Source: Antechinus flavipes
Lineage: Eukaryota
Assembly: GCF_016432865.1 (NCBI RefSeq)
Contig: NC_067403.1
Coordinates: 263,624,001-263,688,000 of the forward strand
Direction of reading: 5' to 3'
Length of the DNA stretch: 64,000 nucleotides
Shown here: positions 26,331 through 42,133 of the stretch, in pieces
Position numbering within the stretch: the stretch's first letter is position 1
Layout of the letters: the number at the start of each line of letters is the position of its first letter
The notes under the pieces: model-generated
Seen by the model: only the letters and a program-made list of their open reading frames with translations
Databases searched by the model: none
What the model was told of the DNA's origin: nothing
Program-made: the position numbers and the translations under genes

Positions 26331-26845
26331 TGCCCTTGCAGTGGCCATCTTAGTCCGAAAACGCCCTCTGTGTCGGGGAGGGAACGTCCCGGCTTCTGCC
26401 TCCCTGGTCCCTCCGGAGGGCCGCTTCTCTGGGGAGCAGGCAGGGTCAGAGGAGGCCCAGGGAGAGAAGAGACTCTTCCTCTTAGGCTGATGCTGGCCCT
26501 TTAAGACGAGATACTGAGATGCTACAGCGGGAGAACTCGGGCTCTGGCCTGAGGTGCGGGCCTGGCCCTTTAAGAGCAGCTGGGAGCCTATGGGTGTGGA
26601 AGGAGAGGGGCTGATTGGGTAAGGATCCTGGGGGCCCCTCCCCCAAGGAGCGAAGCCTCCCTAGACATCTCGGGGAGCCCAGGGCCGGCATGTGTGAGGT
26701 CCCCTCCGGGAGGCGGCGGCGGCACGCAGCGGAGGCTGCAGCTCATCTCCTCCTCGCCCTCCTCCCAGGACAGAACTCAAGGTGGCAGCTGCTGCCGCAG
26801 GTTGCGCCGTCTGCCTCCTTCCATCTCTGCTCGAGGCTGCATTAA

Positions 26846-31257
<4,412 letters not shown>

Positions 31258-32804
31258 GCCCCGCCCGGTGCCCACCCCAGCCCCCACCCACCGCCCTCTG
31301 GGAGACCCACCCTAGAGCAACAAGAGGAAGCCCCGGAAGGAGAGCTCGGCGCTGGGGACGGCTCCCGCGTGTCCTCGGCGTGGCCGCCCATGTGGCAGGG
31401 GGGGAAGTGGGGCGTGGCCCCCTCCCTCCTGCAGTGACTGGGATCAATTTTTTATTTATGTGGAAAATGGAGACCATTACATTCCTTAGTTCCTGCCCCC
31501 ACTTGGGCTGGGGAGGGACCCCCAAAGACCCGCTGGGTATCCCTCCCCTCCCCCTCTCTGAGCTGGCCTCAGGCTGGGGGGCCCCATTGGTCACTGCCCC
31601 AGGGCCTTCCTGGCAGGGTCCAGGGCATGGGAACCGCTCCCTCTGTGGGAGGGCCAGGCTGGAACCCTGAGCGGGAATGGCATCAACTGTGGGGCAGGCG
31701 GGCCCAGATACCCCCCAGCCTCCGTCCAGGCCCTTGCCTCCAATCTGCTGTCCTGGGGGATGGGGGGGCGGCTCCCTCCCCTCTCCCACCCCCCCCAATC
31801 AGGGTCTCTAAAGGATTTTGCTGCTCCAAGGCCCCTGACTTGTTAGACCCCAGGGACGCCCACCCAGGGGCCAGGATTTGCTTCCCGAAGCTCCTTGCGC
31901 TCCTTTCTTCCTCGGAGAGGTCTTCTAGCCTCTTCTGCAGGCAGGAGGAGCCTATTTCTCAGTAACGGGAGATCTGGCTGAGATCCTTGGGAGCTTCAGA
32001 GGGGGGGAGGGGCCCTCTGAGAGCGGGGACTGCCAGAATCCCGCCGGGTGCTCCTGGAGGCTTGTGGGGAGGGGGGTTCCCGATATCGTCTCCGTGTGCA
32101 GTTAAGTGCAGTGTCGTGTTTTTATGTCCGACTTGTGAGCGTGCGAGTGTGTGTGTAAGTGTGTCTTGGGGAAGGGGAATAGTGCCCGAGACCCCCAGTG
32201 GCAGAGACCCCGGAGAAGGGGCTCCCGGGCCCTCATCGGATGCCTCCCCTCCCCCAGCTGGGAGCTGGATCTTGGGGGGGTGAGGGAGCCTGAAGGAAGG
32301 GTCATCTTGAGCTCTGCCCCTTAGTCCCTGTTCCCTCTGGACTCCGGCTGGGGCCCGGGACCACCTGACCTTGCAGCCCTCCCCTTCCCTAGCTCACAGC
32401 CCTACCCCAGCTGGGGTCCGTAAGGGGGACGGCCGCCTTGTTCTCCAGCAGCGGGAGCGGGGGTTTCTCGGGGAGCCCCGTCTCGGGGCCCTGACTAGGT
32501 AGACTTCAGAAGGTCCCCCCAAACTAATCCAACAAGCTTAGTTAGCCCCCAAGTCCCAGGCTGAGTGCCGTGCCTGCCCCTCGCCGCTTGCTAGGAGTTG
32601 GGGGGACCCTCAGTGACACTAACTTTGGCCCGCCCGGCGCCCAGGAGGCTCGTCCTGAGGCCGACTGCCAGAGGGGGCTGTGCGGCCCCTCGAACCCCAG
32701 ACAAACCTGTACTTTCCAAAGCTGCTGCTTACAGAAGTATATTTTTTTTCTTTCTGAACAAGAGTTTTAAAAAGTTGTAATTTTTGTGTCTTGTCACGTA
32801 AAAG

Positions 32805-32810
32805 AATAAA
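32805..32810 (+). terminator. Probable SLC25A22 polyadenylation signal (AATAAA, overlapping aataaataaa)
   Basis: Ends an AT-rich, 3'UTR-like block (32700-32820) about 1.55 kb after the stop codon. Confidence 0.75.
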
Positions 32811-34687
32811 TAAATATTCTAAATAGATTCCCCCAGTCCTGAGCCCTGGCTTGGGGGCTGGCAGTGGGCGAGGGCCCCCTTCCCGCAGGAGACTCTGGGA
32901 AGCAGCGCTCCCTGGCTGGGGGAGGTGGGAGCGGGCTCTTCCTCCACTGCTGTGGGCCCCAAGGAAGCCCTTGCCTCTTCAGTCCACATCTATAAAATAC
33001 AAACTTCCCCGGCTTTCCTGGGGGGTTCTGAGGGTGGGCCCCCCAGGCTAATAGGCTGTGAAAAGTCCGGTGTTTGCTGGGGCCCCTCTGGGGCCCTGAC
33101 CCTTGGACAGGGCACGTGTGGCCGAGCCAGAAGGACAAGGGGCAGGTAGAGAGGCCCAAGGCCGTGGAAGCCGGCTGCCTTCTGGTTGTTCGGGATTGTA
33201 CCTCCCAGACTAGGAAGAAGCCCAAGGTCAGGAAGGCTGCCTTCTCCTCCCAGTGCAGAAGGGCTTGGGACAAAGCCCCGGGGCTGGGGTTCCCGCTTTC
33301 CCAGTCCCCTCAGGAGTAAATCAGGGGCGGAATCCGGGCCTCCAGGCTGGAAATAATCTGGCCTCTGGCACAAAGCAGAGCAAAGATCCTGCAAACCCAC
33401 GGGCAAGGGGGCTCTGGAGTCTCTGCCCCCCAGGCATCCCCTGTACAGTTTGGAAGTGTTCTCCAGCCTCTAGGCTCGGTGTGTCTGAGCCGGGATCCCC
33501 CGCCCCAGGCCTCTGAGGCAGAACAGGACCAGCCGAATCCGTCCTCCCCAGAACGAGCCTCCTAGGTTCAGGCAGTGACCCGCATGTCCCCCCTAAGGAG
33601 TTCCCCAGGGAGCACCTCTCTCTGCCTTCCGTCCTCTTCTCCCTCCTTCCTCATTCTCCACTGGTCCCCTTTTACTGCTCTCCTATGCTTGCCCAGGATG
33701 GAACCTCGAGCTCACCTGCAGTTTGACGGCCCCAAATCAGGCTGTCATTGCTCGTTGCTAGTTTGGGCTTCCTCCCCATTTCCCGCGCTCCTTCACTGCA
33801 CTAGACTCAACAAACACCCCCGTCCGCTTTTCCAGGGCCCCGGGTCATTGGTCCAGAGAATCCACACTCCTGGGAGTCGGCTGAGGGCCCTTGTCTGACT
33901 CACCTTGATGGTGCACTAGTCGCTGGCCCTTCTGTTCCGGCAGCCAGCTGGGCTCTGAGCAGCAGCCTCCCTCTCTTGGGGCCTCCTTTTTCCCACAATG
34001 CCCCTCTAGAGCCCGGGACCATGGCCCCCCAAGGCTCCGGTCCCTTCCCTGGTTCAGTGCCCCCACTGCCGGGGAGCCCTCTTCCTCCCTCGCTGTAACC
34101 GCTTTGCCTCCTTCCACACCCTTCTTCCTCCATCCAGTCGGGCCCAGGTCTCTCACTCCCCTTGTTCCCTTCGGACAGCTCCCTCTTTCTCATTATCAGA
34201 GCTATCTGTAAATTCTGCTTTACCTCCTTGATTCGGGATGGAATCTTCGCGGAGAATGGGGGTCCATGGGGACAAAGGCATCCCCTCTGACCTTTTGGGG
34301 TCCCCCGTTCCCAGTGTACCCCTGGGTAGCAGATTGCTCTAAACTTTGCTCCTTTCCTGAGAGCTCCCAGATGCCCCGGGTCTCTCCACATCCCTGCCCT
34401 GGTCCTGTCGCCCACCACGGCGGCTCAGCTCTTCCCGGAGAGAGACTCGGATTCAGATGAGAAGCTCCCTCTGGGGGGTCTCTGGCTCCGGCCGGAACTG
34501 CTCTGGAGTCAGGGCTCTTTTTCTATTTGTCTATTTTTTCTGTATAGACACATATACACACACATATATATTCAAGATACATGTGCACATCCATACATAT
34601 GGGGGCATACAACCCACTTAGGTTTTTTATACATTTAGAACATAACTTTGTAAAAATGGGAGGTTAATGACTTTAGTAATCACCTGG

Positions 34688-34977
34688 ATTAGCTCCAGTT
34701 CCCTGACCATTAGCTCCAGTTCCCTGACCAGTAGCTCCAGCTCCCTGACCATTAGCTCCAGCTCCCTGACCATTAGCTCCAGCTCCCTGACCATTAGCTC
34801 CAGCTCCCTGACCATTAGCTCCAGTTTCCTGACCATTAGCTCCAGTTCCCTGACCATTAGCTCCAGTTCCCTGACCATTAACTCTAGCTCTCTGACCATT
34901 AGCTCCAGCTCCCTGACTAGTAGCTCCAGTTCCCTGACCATTAATTCTAGCTCTCTGACCATTAGCTCCAGCTCCCT
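34688..34977. repeat. 21-bp minisatellite, left arm (about 14 units, attagctccag(c/t)tccctgacc)
   Basis: Units start every 21 bp from 34688; the array ends abruptly at the LTR. Confidence 0.97.
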
Positions 34978-35491
34978 TGTTGAGGTCTAGATTTGGGGGA
35001 CCTAAATGAAATTAGGGTTTAGTTAAGGTCTAGTGGCAGGTTTGGGGTACAGGGAGTCAAGCAAAGCTCCCCTGCAACCCCTTTGGATTCGGCATAAGGA
35101 TATGGCGGTAAATGGGGTCTAGTAGCGGCACAAGTTCCCAATAAAAGCATTTATTGGCTCTAGAGCTAGATTGATAAAAGAGGTTTATTATTAGGTGAAG
35201 ATAGAGATAAGGAGGGCACCGGACAGAGGGTGCAGTGGACAGAGGGTCCTCACATGGCTGCCATGTTTGGAATCTCTGCAAAGAGGGGTTCCCAGCATGG
35301 CCTTTTTATAATAGGAGACTTAGCTCGAGGGGCTTTCGGATGTAGCCCCAAAGTTGGCTCAGATCCGGGTGGGGCTGGGAACAGGTCGGATCTATTGGAA
35401 TTCAAAGGGACCAGGATTTGTGAGTTAAAGGACCATTTACATTATTAACTAGGAGAGGGTGGGAATCTAGAAAGGAATCTTTCCCGCATCA
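34978..35491 (-). mobile_element. 3' LTR of the ERV (514 bp)
   Basis: Preceded on the minus strand by the PPT. TATAAAAA at 35303-35310 and AATAAA near 35183-35188 and 35149-35154 on the minus strand fall in U3-R-U5 order. Confidence 0.93.
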
Positions 35492-38400
35492 TTCCCCCCT
35501 CAAACAGTTGGAACTTAAATTCTTAAGGAAAAAGACATGGGGCAAAGTCTCTTATTGAGACAGAATTGAAGATTTTCTCCTTCCAGGATTTTCCAAGTTC
35601 AGGGGTCCCCTCTGTATCCCCCCCTCAAGCAGTCACCTCCAAAGGCATGTGGGAAAAGGGGTGCCGATCTCCTCTTAACTGCTTCGAGCTGGCAAGGGTC
35701 GTAGAGATTTGGGGTTCATGCCAGGAGGTGAGGCGTGAGGTGTGGGGTTTGGGGATGGCAGCAGGACATCTACGGAGTGTGTGTCCCGGTCAGTTATTCC
35801 CAGTCAGTTGTCCCGTGTTCTCCAGGCTGAAGGGCAGTTGAGAGTCCAAAGGTTGAAGCCCAGATCTTGGGAGCAGGTTAAAACCGGTGTCATCCAGGAT
35901 GGAGATGGCCGACAGCAGGAGATGCATCAGGTCCCTTCTGTGGGCTGCCTGTAAAAATGCTGATGGCCCATCTAACAAGGAGAAGTAGGAGAAAATGCTG
36001 GGAGCCAAAGATTATTTGTCTATAGTAAAAAGTGTTAAGTAGCCTCGAATTTAGCCCTTTCACTCTTAATTTCCAGGAAATAAGCTAATTTCTCCTGGTG
36101 TTGGTTCAGGGTGTAGACTAAGAAGTCAGGGGAAACTGGAGGCCTATATATCTAATCAAGATAAGAATGCAATTGAAGCTCTTAGAAATCGTTTAACTGT
36201 GCTGCCTTTCTTTAAAAAGAGTTGGTTCCTCAATAAGCAAAGATCCTAAGCCTTCTCCCCACTTTCCCCACTCTTATGGGGGAGGAGTGGAAGGGGTCAG
36301 AGGGAGTACAAAGTATCTCAGCACTGCCCACCCAGCTTACTAACCCCTGAGGTGTTGGGACTGTCCTGGGATAAAAAGGGAAACAGGGCCAGACCCCAAT
36401 TCCCTACCGGGGAGCAGGACGCCGGGGGCCAATTCAGCCCCTGTGGTGTGACACAGTTTCTCCATTGTTCCTCCTGCTTGAACTCAGGACAGAGACTAGG
36501 ATCTCCTTGGACAGTTTCCAGGGACACCTATAGGACTAAGTCTGGGAGAGATTTGTATTAAACGACGCTTCCACTCCAAATGTTTTTTCAGGAGGCAGAA
36601 GTTGCCCTGAGAAAAGAGCTCAGTATCTCAGGTTAGAGTTAAAGGGAAACAAGAGCTGTTAGCAGCAGAGGGGAAGAAACATTGAGGTTTGAACCCAAAA
36701 AAAGTTGAGGTGGTGGGTGGGTCCTAGCTCTCACTAGGCTGAGTCTTTCAGCTTTTAAAGAGACAATCGTGCTGGGTGTGTTTTGGCTCACGCTTTTGCC
36801 TGAGGGCATAAGTGTTAATCAGTCCCAGGATTAGAAAGAAAAAAGCCCTTTAAAGGATGGACTTTTCCAAAGAGATTGGAATTCAGCTAATCTATTCAGA
36901 GTTCAGGTGTTGAGAATGAGGCATTTTTCTCGAGCCCAGTGTTTGTCTCTGCATTAAGAGACAGCTTAAAATCTCCATAGGGATGGGGAAGAAAGCTAAT
37001 TCATGGCAAAACCCAAAAACTTTCGCATTCTATAACGTAACCTTCCTAGACGTCTCTAGAAGGTGTCACAAAGGGCCCTCCCAGAGGACCGTTTGCCAAA
37101 AAACCAGGATTTCGTCCTCACAGCGTCCTGTGAGCGACGAATCCCCCCAAGACTGCCGGAGTCTCCCAGCGAGCTCAAACTAGCCCGGGCATTTGAGCTG
37201 CCCCCCGTTATAGAAGCATGACATGGTGGGTTTGCCTCAGTGGAAACCTCCTAAGAGGGCCACCAACATTGAGGGCAAGGTAGCAAAGGAGAGATGTGGT
37301 AGGAGTGGGTGGGTTCTCCTTTCAATAGCTCCTCTCTTAACACTAGACAGTATGCATAGCCCTGGGCTCCTTGAGCAGCAAGTCAGGGGCCTAGCCCTGC
37401 CTTCCATCAACATACAGTATCAAAGGCTCTAGGCCTAAGCCTAATCAGAGCGATGAGATTCCCAGCTTTCTCAAAAGACAAGGTGGGAGTGGCCCTGAGT
37501 ACTTGGGCGAAGTAAACCTTTAGATAAAGAAACTAGCCCCAGGAAGTAAAAAAGGTTAAAAGATTCATAGCAGCAGCCAAAGTCTGGCCTCAAATTAAAA
37601 TAGCTACTTAAGGCAGTTTTGCAATCACACCTGAACTCAAAACTCCCAGCAAATATTAGCTGCAGTCCCAAAGGATTTTATCTTCTACATCAGTTATCAT
37701 TAATCAAGGGCTTCAGATGAATCTAGTTCTCAAGAATCACAGTAAAGGGTTTACGCTTGTACAGCTATCTTTCTTATCTAAGTAGATAGTTTTAAATTTA
37801 ACATTACACAGATCTTTTAAGTCAAAGAAAAAAAATTTTTAAACTTTAAACTTCAAGGTTTGCAAGTAACTGAACCAAACTTCATATAACTTATAATTGC
37901 CCAACAGAGATGACAAATTTTAAGGCATAACTCAGTTACAAATTACCCAATACCTCGAGAAAACTCATCATCTAAGTAGGAAGGTAAACTACCAGCATTT
38001 TGTTTTAATAACCTATATTTTACATTCCCATCTTAGTCCCTCAATAACTTCTCAAAGAATGAGGGAGGGAAAACAGGGAACAAGTCTAGAGAACTTGAGA
38101 AAAGCAGACGGGAAAGACAGACTTCTTTCTTAAAGGGATTCACCGAATTCTTAAATGGCTTCAGTTTCTCCCATTAACTCATTTCTTGCTGCAGTCAAGG
38201 AATGAGGGGAGAAAAGAAAAAAAGCCATCTTCTAAAGAATGTAATTTGCCTTGACCTGGAATTTTACTCCTCAGCCATCACTGCAAAGGTCTTTCTTGAA
38301 GCTGCAACCTGGCCAGGGTTGGAGCCCAGAAAAAAAAAACCTTTTGTTGGCAGGGACATAGAATGCCAATCCAGAAAAGAATAGAACCGAGTGTGCTAAA

Positions 38401-40067
38401 AGCAAAAGGTTTTAGGACTAAGAAAATTAGGAGCAAGAGTTCCCACCTGTAGGGTTAGGTAGCAAAGTCAGTGAGAGAGAGAGAGACCTAGCCTGGCTTA
38501 CCTAGGTTATCTCTCCACAAGCAGCTAAGAAAAGGTTTTAAATAGTGCCCTGAGGCTAAGAAAAAAAAAAAAAAACCGAGAGCAGTTTAGAATCCCATTT
38601 TTGTAGACAGTCTTGTGAGTGTGCAAAAGCATCATTCTGAGGTTTCTACAGTTCACGCAGGATGACCAAATCAGGGAAACCGAGTCCCGTTTAAAATGTA
38701 TGGGACGAGCACACTTCCTGAGGGCTGGAAGCTGCGGCTTTAAGAGCCAGGTAAAGGTCTGGAAGGGGCGCGGCTCACTTGTCCAGATTGCTAGCAAACT
38801 TCTATTTTAAAAATTGGGGAAAACCTTTCCGGAGATTTGAGAAGATTAAGATTGAGTCCCCAATCTCCCCACTGTACAGTAACCCCAAGAAGGGGACAGG
38901 AGAGGAGCATTTAAATGGCAGGTTACCAAGCCACATGGGAGAGGTCTGAAACAGGCCCCGAGTTCTACACTCCCCACTCCGTGGAAGAAGGGGGAGGAAA
39001 GGCCAGAGGGGGGAGGAAGAGCTGCCATCTTACCCAGCGCAGTGCGTCTTGAATGGCGAGGGCTCCTCTGGCAATTCCAGCTGGAACTTGAGGGCGGGGC
39101 AGCTCATCTAAGCCCCCAAATCTTGCTGGGAGAGCAAAACCTGAAGGGAAGACCGCTTACCCCTGTCCAGGGAGTAGCTGCCATGGTCAGAGACATTCTC
39201 TAAACTCACCCCAATTCAGTGACCTTTCTCCTCGTGGCTACAGCCTGACCATTAGAGACTCCATTGCATTTAACAGTGGAGTGGGAGAAGGGCTCAAGTT
39301 TCTCCGGCTATCTCCCCAGAACAGAGCAAAGAGCGCTGGCCTGGACCCCCAAAAGGAGTGGGGTCCCCAAAACAGCCACGTGTCTCCTTGGTCTGGGGTG
39401 GAGTTAAAGAGACACTTCCTCTCGTGTCTCAACAGTTCCTGCTGGAGAACAGGACTATCTGGTGATGAAAAAAGAATAGAAATGCATTGAGATGCAAAGG
39501 AAGGGCCTTTGTCTCTCCAAAGGATTTGGACCGAGGGAGTTTCCTCAAGCAAAGCATCTGCTCCAGGAAAGTTTTAGAGGCAGGGGAATGTCTAGATTGT
39601 GGACAGGTAAAAACTTTTATTATTTTTCCAAATCCTTGCAGCCTCCCTCGTGTCTCTTAGAGACAGAGAGCCGACAAAAGAAGGCCTTTTGTCAATCCGC
39701 AGCAATTCCTAAAGAATTGAGCCAGAGCTTAGAGTGCCGACCGCAGGGCTTTGGATGTTCACTGCAAGATAAGGAAAGAAAAAAAAAATCTTTTACTTTG
39801 TCCAGAGTTCCGCATTGCCTGGTCCTGCTATCTGTAAAAATAGAAGCTTTTTCACCCGAAATGGAAGTAGGGTGAGACGGAACACAGATATTCTCCCCAC
39901 TACCTTTAGAGATAGAGTGAGACCAAAAAGGAACGCAAATTCTTCCCAGAAGAATACTGCCTGAACAGCTCAAACCCAGATTGGTTCTGAGTGCCCCAAA
40001 AAGGTTGGGGTCCAGTTTGATCACCAAATTATCTAGCTTCCGGTGTTGATTTCGTCAGGGAACCAAC

Positions 40068-40578
40068 TGTTGAGGTCTAGATTTGGGGGACCTAAGTGAA
40101 ATTAGGGTTAAGGTCTAGTGGCAGGTTTGGGGTACAGGGAGTCAAGCAAAGCTCCCCTGCAACCCCCTTGGATTCGGTGCAAGGATACGGTGGTAAATGG
40201 GGTTTAGTAGCGGCACAAGTTCCCAATAAAAGCATTTATTGTCCCGAGAGCTAGATTGATAAAAGAGGTTTATTATTAGGTGAAGATAGAGATAAGGAGG
40301 GCACTGGACAAAGGGTCCAGTGGACAGAGGGTCCTCACATGGCTGCCATGTTTGGAATCTCTGCAAAGAGGGGTTCCCAGCGTGGCCTTTTTATAATAGG
40401 AGACTTAGTTCGAGGGGCTTTGGGTGTAGCCCCAAAGTTGGCTCAGATCCGGGTGGGGCTGGGACACTTCCGGATCTTCTATTGGAATTCAAAGGGACCA
40501 GGATTTGTGAGTTAAAGGGCCATTTACATTATTAACTAGGAGAGGGTGGGAATCTAGAAAGGAATCTTTCCCGCATCA
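40068..40578 (-). mobile_element. 5' LTR of the ERV (511 bp)
   Basis: Near-identical to 34978-35491 and followed on the minus strand by GT and the tRNA-Glu PBS. Confidence 0.93.
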
Positions 40579-40962
40579 TCCTGACTAGTAGCTCCAGTTC
40601 CCTGACCATTAACTCCAGCTCCCTGACCAGTAGCTCCAGCTCCCTGACCAGTAGCTCCAGCTCTCTGACCATTAACTCCAGCTCCCTGACCATTAACTCC
40701 AGCTCCCTGACCAGTAGCTCCAGCTCTCTGACCATTAACTCCAGCTCCCTGACCAGTAGCTCCAGCCCTCTGACCATTAACTCCAGCTCCCTGACCAGTA
40801 GCTCCAGCTCCCTGACCAGTAGCTCCAGCTCTCTGACCATTAACTCCAGCTCCCTGACCAGTAGCTCCAGCTCTCTGACCATTAACTCCAGCTCCCTGAC
40901 CAGTAGCTCCAGCTCTCTGACCATTAACTCCAGCTCCCTGACCAGTAGCTCCAGCTCCTGAC
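40579..40962. repeat. 21-bp minisatellite, right arm (about 18 units, agtagctccagctc(c/t)ctgacc and attaactccagctccctgacc)
   Basis: Same unit family as 34688-34977, resuming in register after the LTR. Confidence 0.97.
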
Positions 40963-41631
40963 TGCCTAGAAGAGGTGGGCTGACCCAGACTCCAGATAAA
41001 GCTGAGCATTCTTGCAGCATCTCCCAGGATCCCAGTTCTGAGAAACGGCCCGGGCTAGAGATGACCTGATGGGACCCTGAGCAATGACTGCAGCCCCCCC
41101 TGCTGGGACTCTGGGTGGGATAACGCCCGCCGCCGTGGCCACTCTCTCGTGTGTTCCCGTGTATCCACATCCAGCTGCTTAGGAGGATAAAGCCTCCGAC
41201 ACAGCCTGTTTTGTGGCTACTAGACCCGGTTCCTGGTGGGTGGGGATGACAACGGGGCTCCCTAGTGTACGTGTATGGGGAAGTCATCGCCACAGACTCA
41301 TTTGATGAGGCTCGGGCTGGAGGGAACTTGGCTCGGGCCTGGGCTGGAGCTGGGCTGAGGTCTGCCCAGTCCTGAAGCTCAGGGCTCAGGAGGCTGCTGG
41401 GGCCGGTACAGCCTTCTTTGTCTCGGGGGCAGGGAAGGAGAAGGCCCACCCCCAGCCTCCCATTGGACCAAAGGCCCAGCCCACACCCGCCCTCTCCAGT
41501 CCCTGGTCCTCGGCTTAGTGCAGCCTGGAGTGGTGCATTGTGGGAAACTCCCAAGTTCTCCTCCCCGCCCCCACCCTCTCCTCCTCCTCCTCCTCATCTT
41601 CCTCCTCCTCCTGTCCCTCCTCTCTTTGCAG

Positions 41632-41697
41632 ACCGATAGCAGCCAGGTTGGTGGGAGAGGACCAGCCTGGCCCAGTCTGACGCCGGGACCATTCCTG
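41632..41697 (+). other. CEND1: Candidate 5' non-coding exon of CEND1 (donor CTG|GTAAGC at 41697/41698; 5' boundary uncertain)
   Basis: Strong donor, preceded by a pyrimidine tract and AG at 41630-41631. Human CEND1 has a non-coding first exon. Inferred, with no transcript evidence. Confidence 0.45.
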
Positions 41698-42107
41698 GTA
41701 AGCATCTCATTCCTCAGCCGGCTTTTGGCTCCTGCTTGATGGGAACGAAGGGAAGTGGGGATGGGACCTGGGACCCGGGATGGGGGAGGGGGGGTCCGGG
41801 ACTTGGGGGTCACAGGAAGGGCTTTCCTTCTGGGGGCTGAGCGCCGGCACTGGCTGCCTGAAGGTCATTGGGCTCAGGGGAGGAGACAGGAGGTGCTGGG
41901 GTTAGGGTCCTCCTGCCCTTCAGGCAGCAGGCAGGACCTCGTGACCCCTCCCCAACTGTAACAGACTGTCTGCCTAGTACAGCAAAGGAGGAGGCAGGAG
42001 AGGGCAAGAAGGAGGAATAAAACCTGGGAGGGCTTGGGGTCCAGGGAGGGGAGAAGGGGGGTCAAGGGGGAATGTCGGGGAGGGCGGGTGTGGTGCTTTG
42101 TATTTAG

Positions 42108-42133
42108 TGACGTCATTCAGGGGTTAAAAATAG
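42108..42133 (+). promoter_or_regulatory. Composite CRE (TGACGTCA, 42108-42115) and MEF2 (TTAAAAATAG, 42124-42133) site
   Basis: Both are perfect consensus matches, 8 bp apart, in an otherwise GC-rich intron. Confidence 0.6.

Larger units (their letters stand above)
34978..40578 (-). mobile_element. Endogenous retrovirus (class I / gamma-like, inferred), two LTRs, non-coding 4.6 kb interior
   Basis: LTRs at 34978-35491 and 40068-40578 with TG...CA ends, about 95% identical by eye. PBS TGGTTCCCTGAC at 40054-40065 (tRNA-Glu), 2 nt from the 5' LTR. PPT GAGGGGGGAA at 35492-35501 abuts the 3' LTR. Probable 4-bp TSD CCCT/TCCT with one mismatch. Confidence 0.93.

Noticed and set aside
34627-34990. 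ORFs with MVRELEL / SSSLTI repeats (also 40532-41554 and 40554-41009)
   Set aside because: They are direct translations of the 21-bp minisatellite, whose period is divisible by 3, with no splice or promoter support.
37330-37450. LYVDG / GYA fragments on the minus strand suggesting ERV RNase H
   Set aside because: Very short, split across frames and with a stop; not distinguishable from chance without an HMM search.
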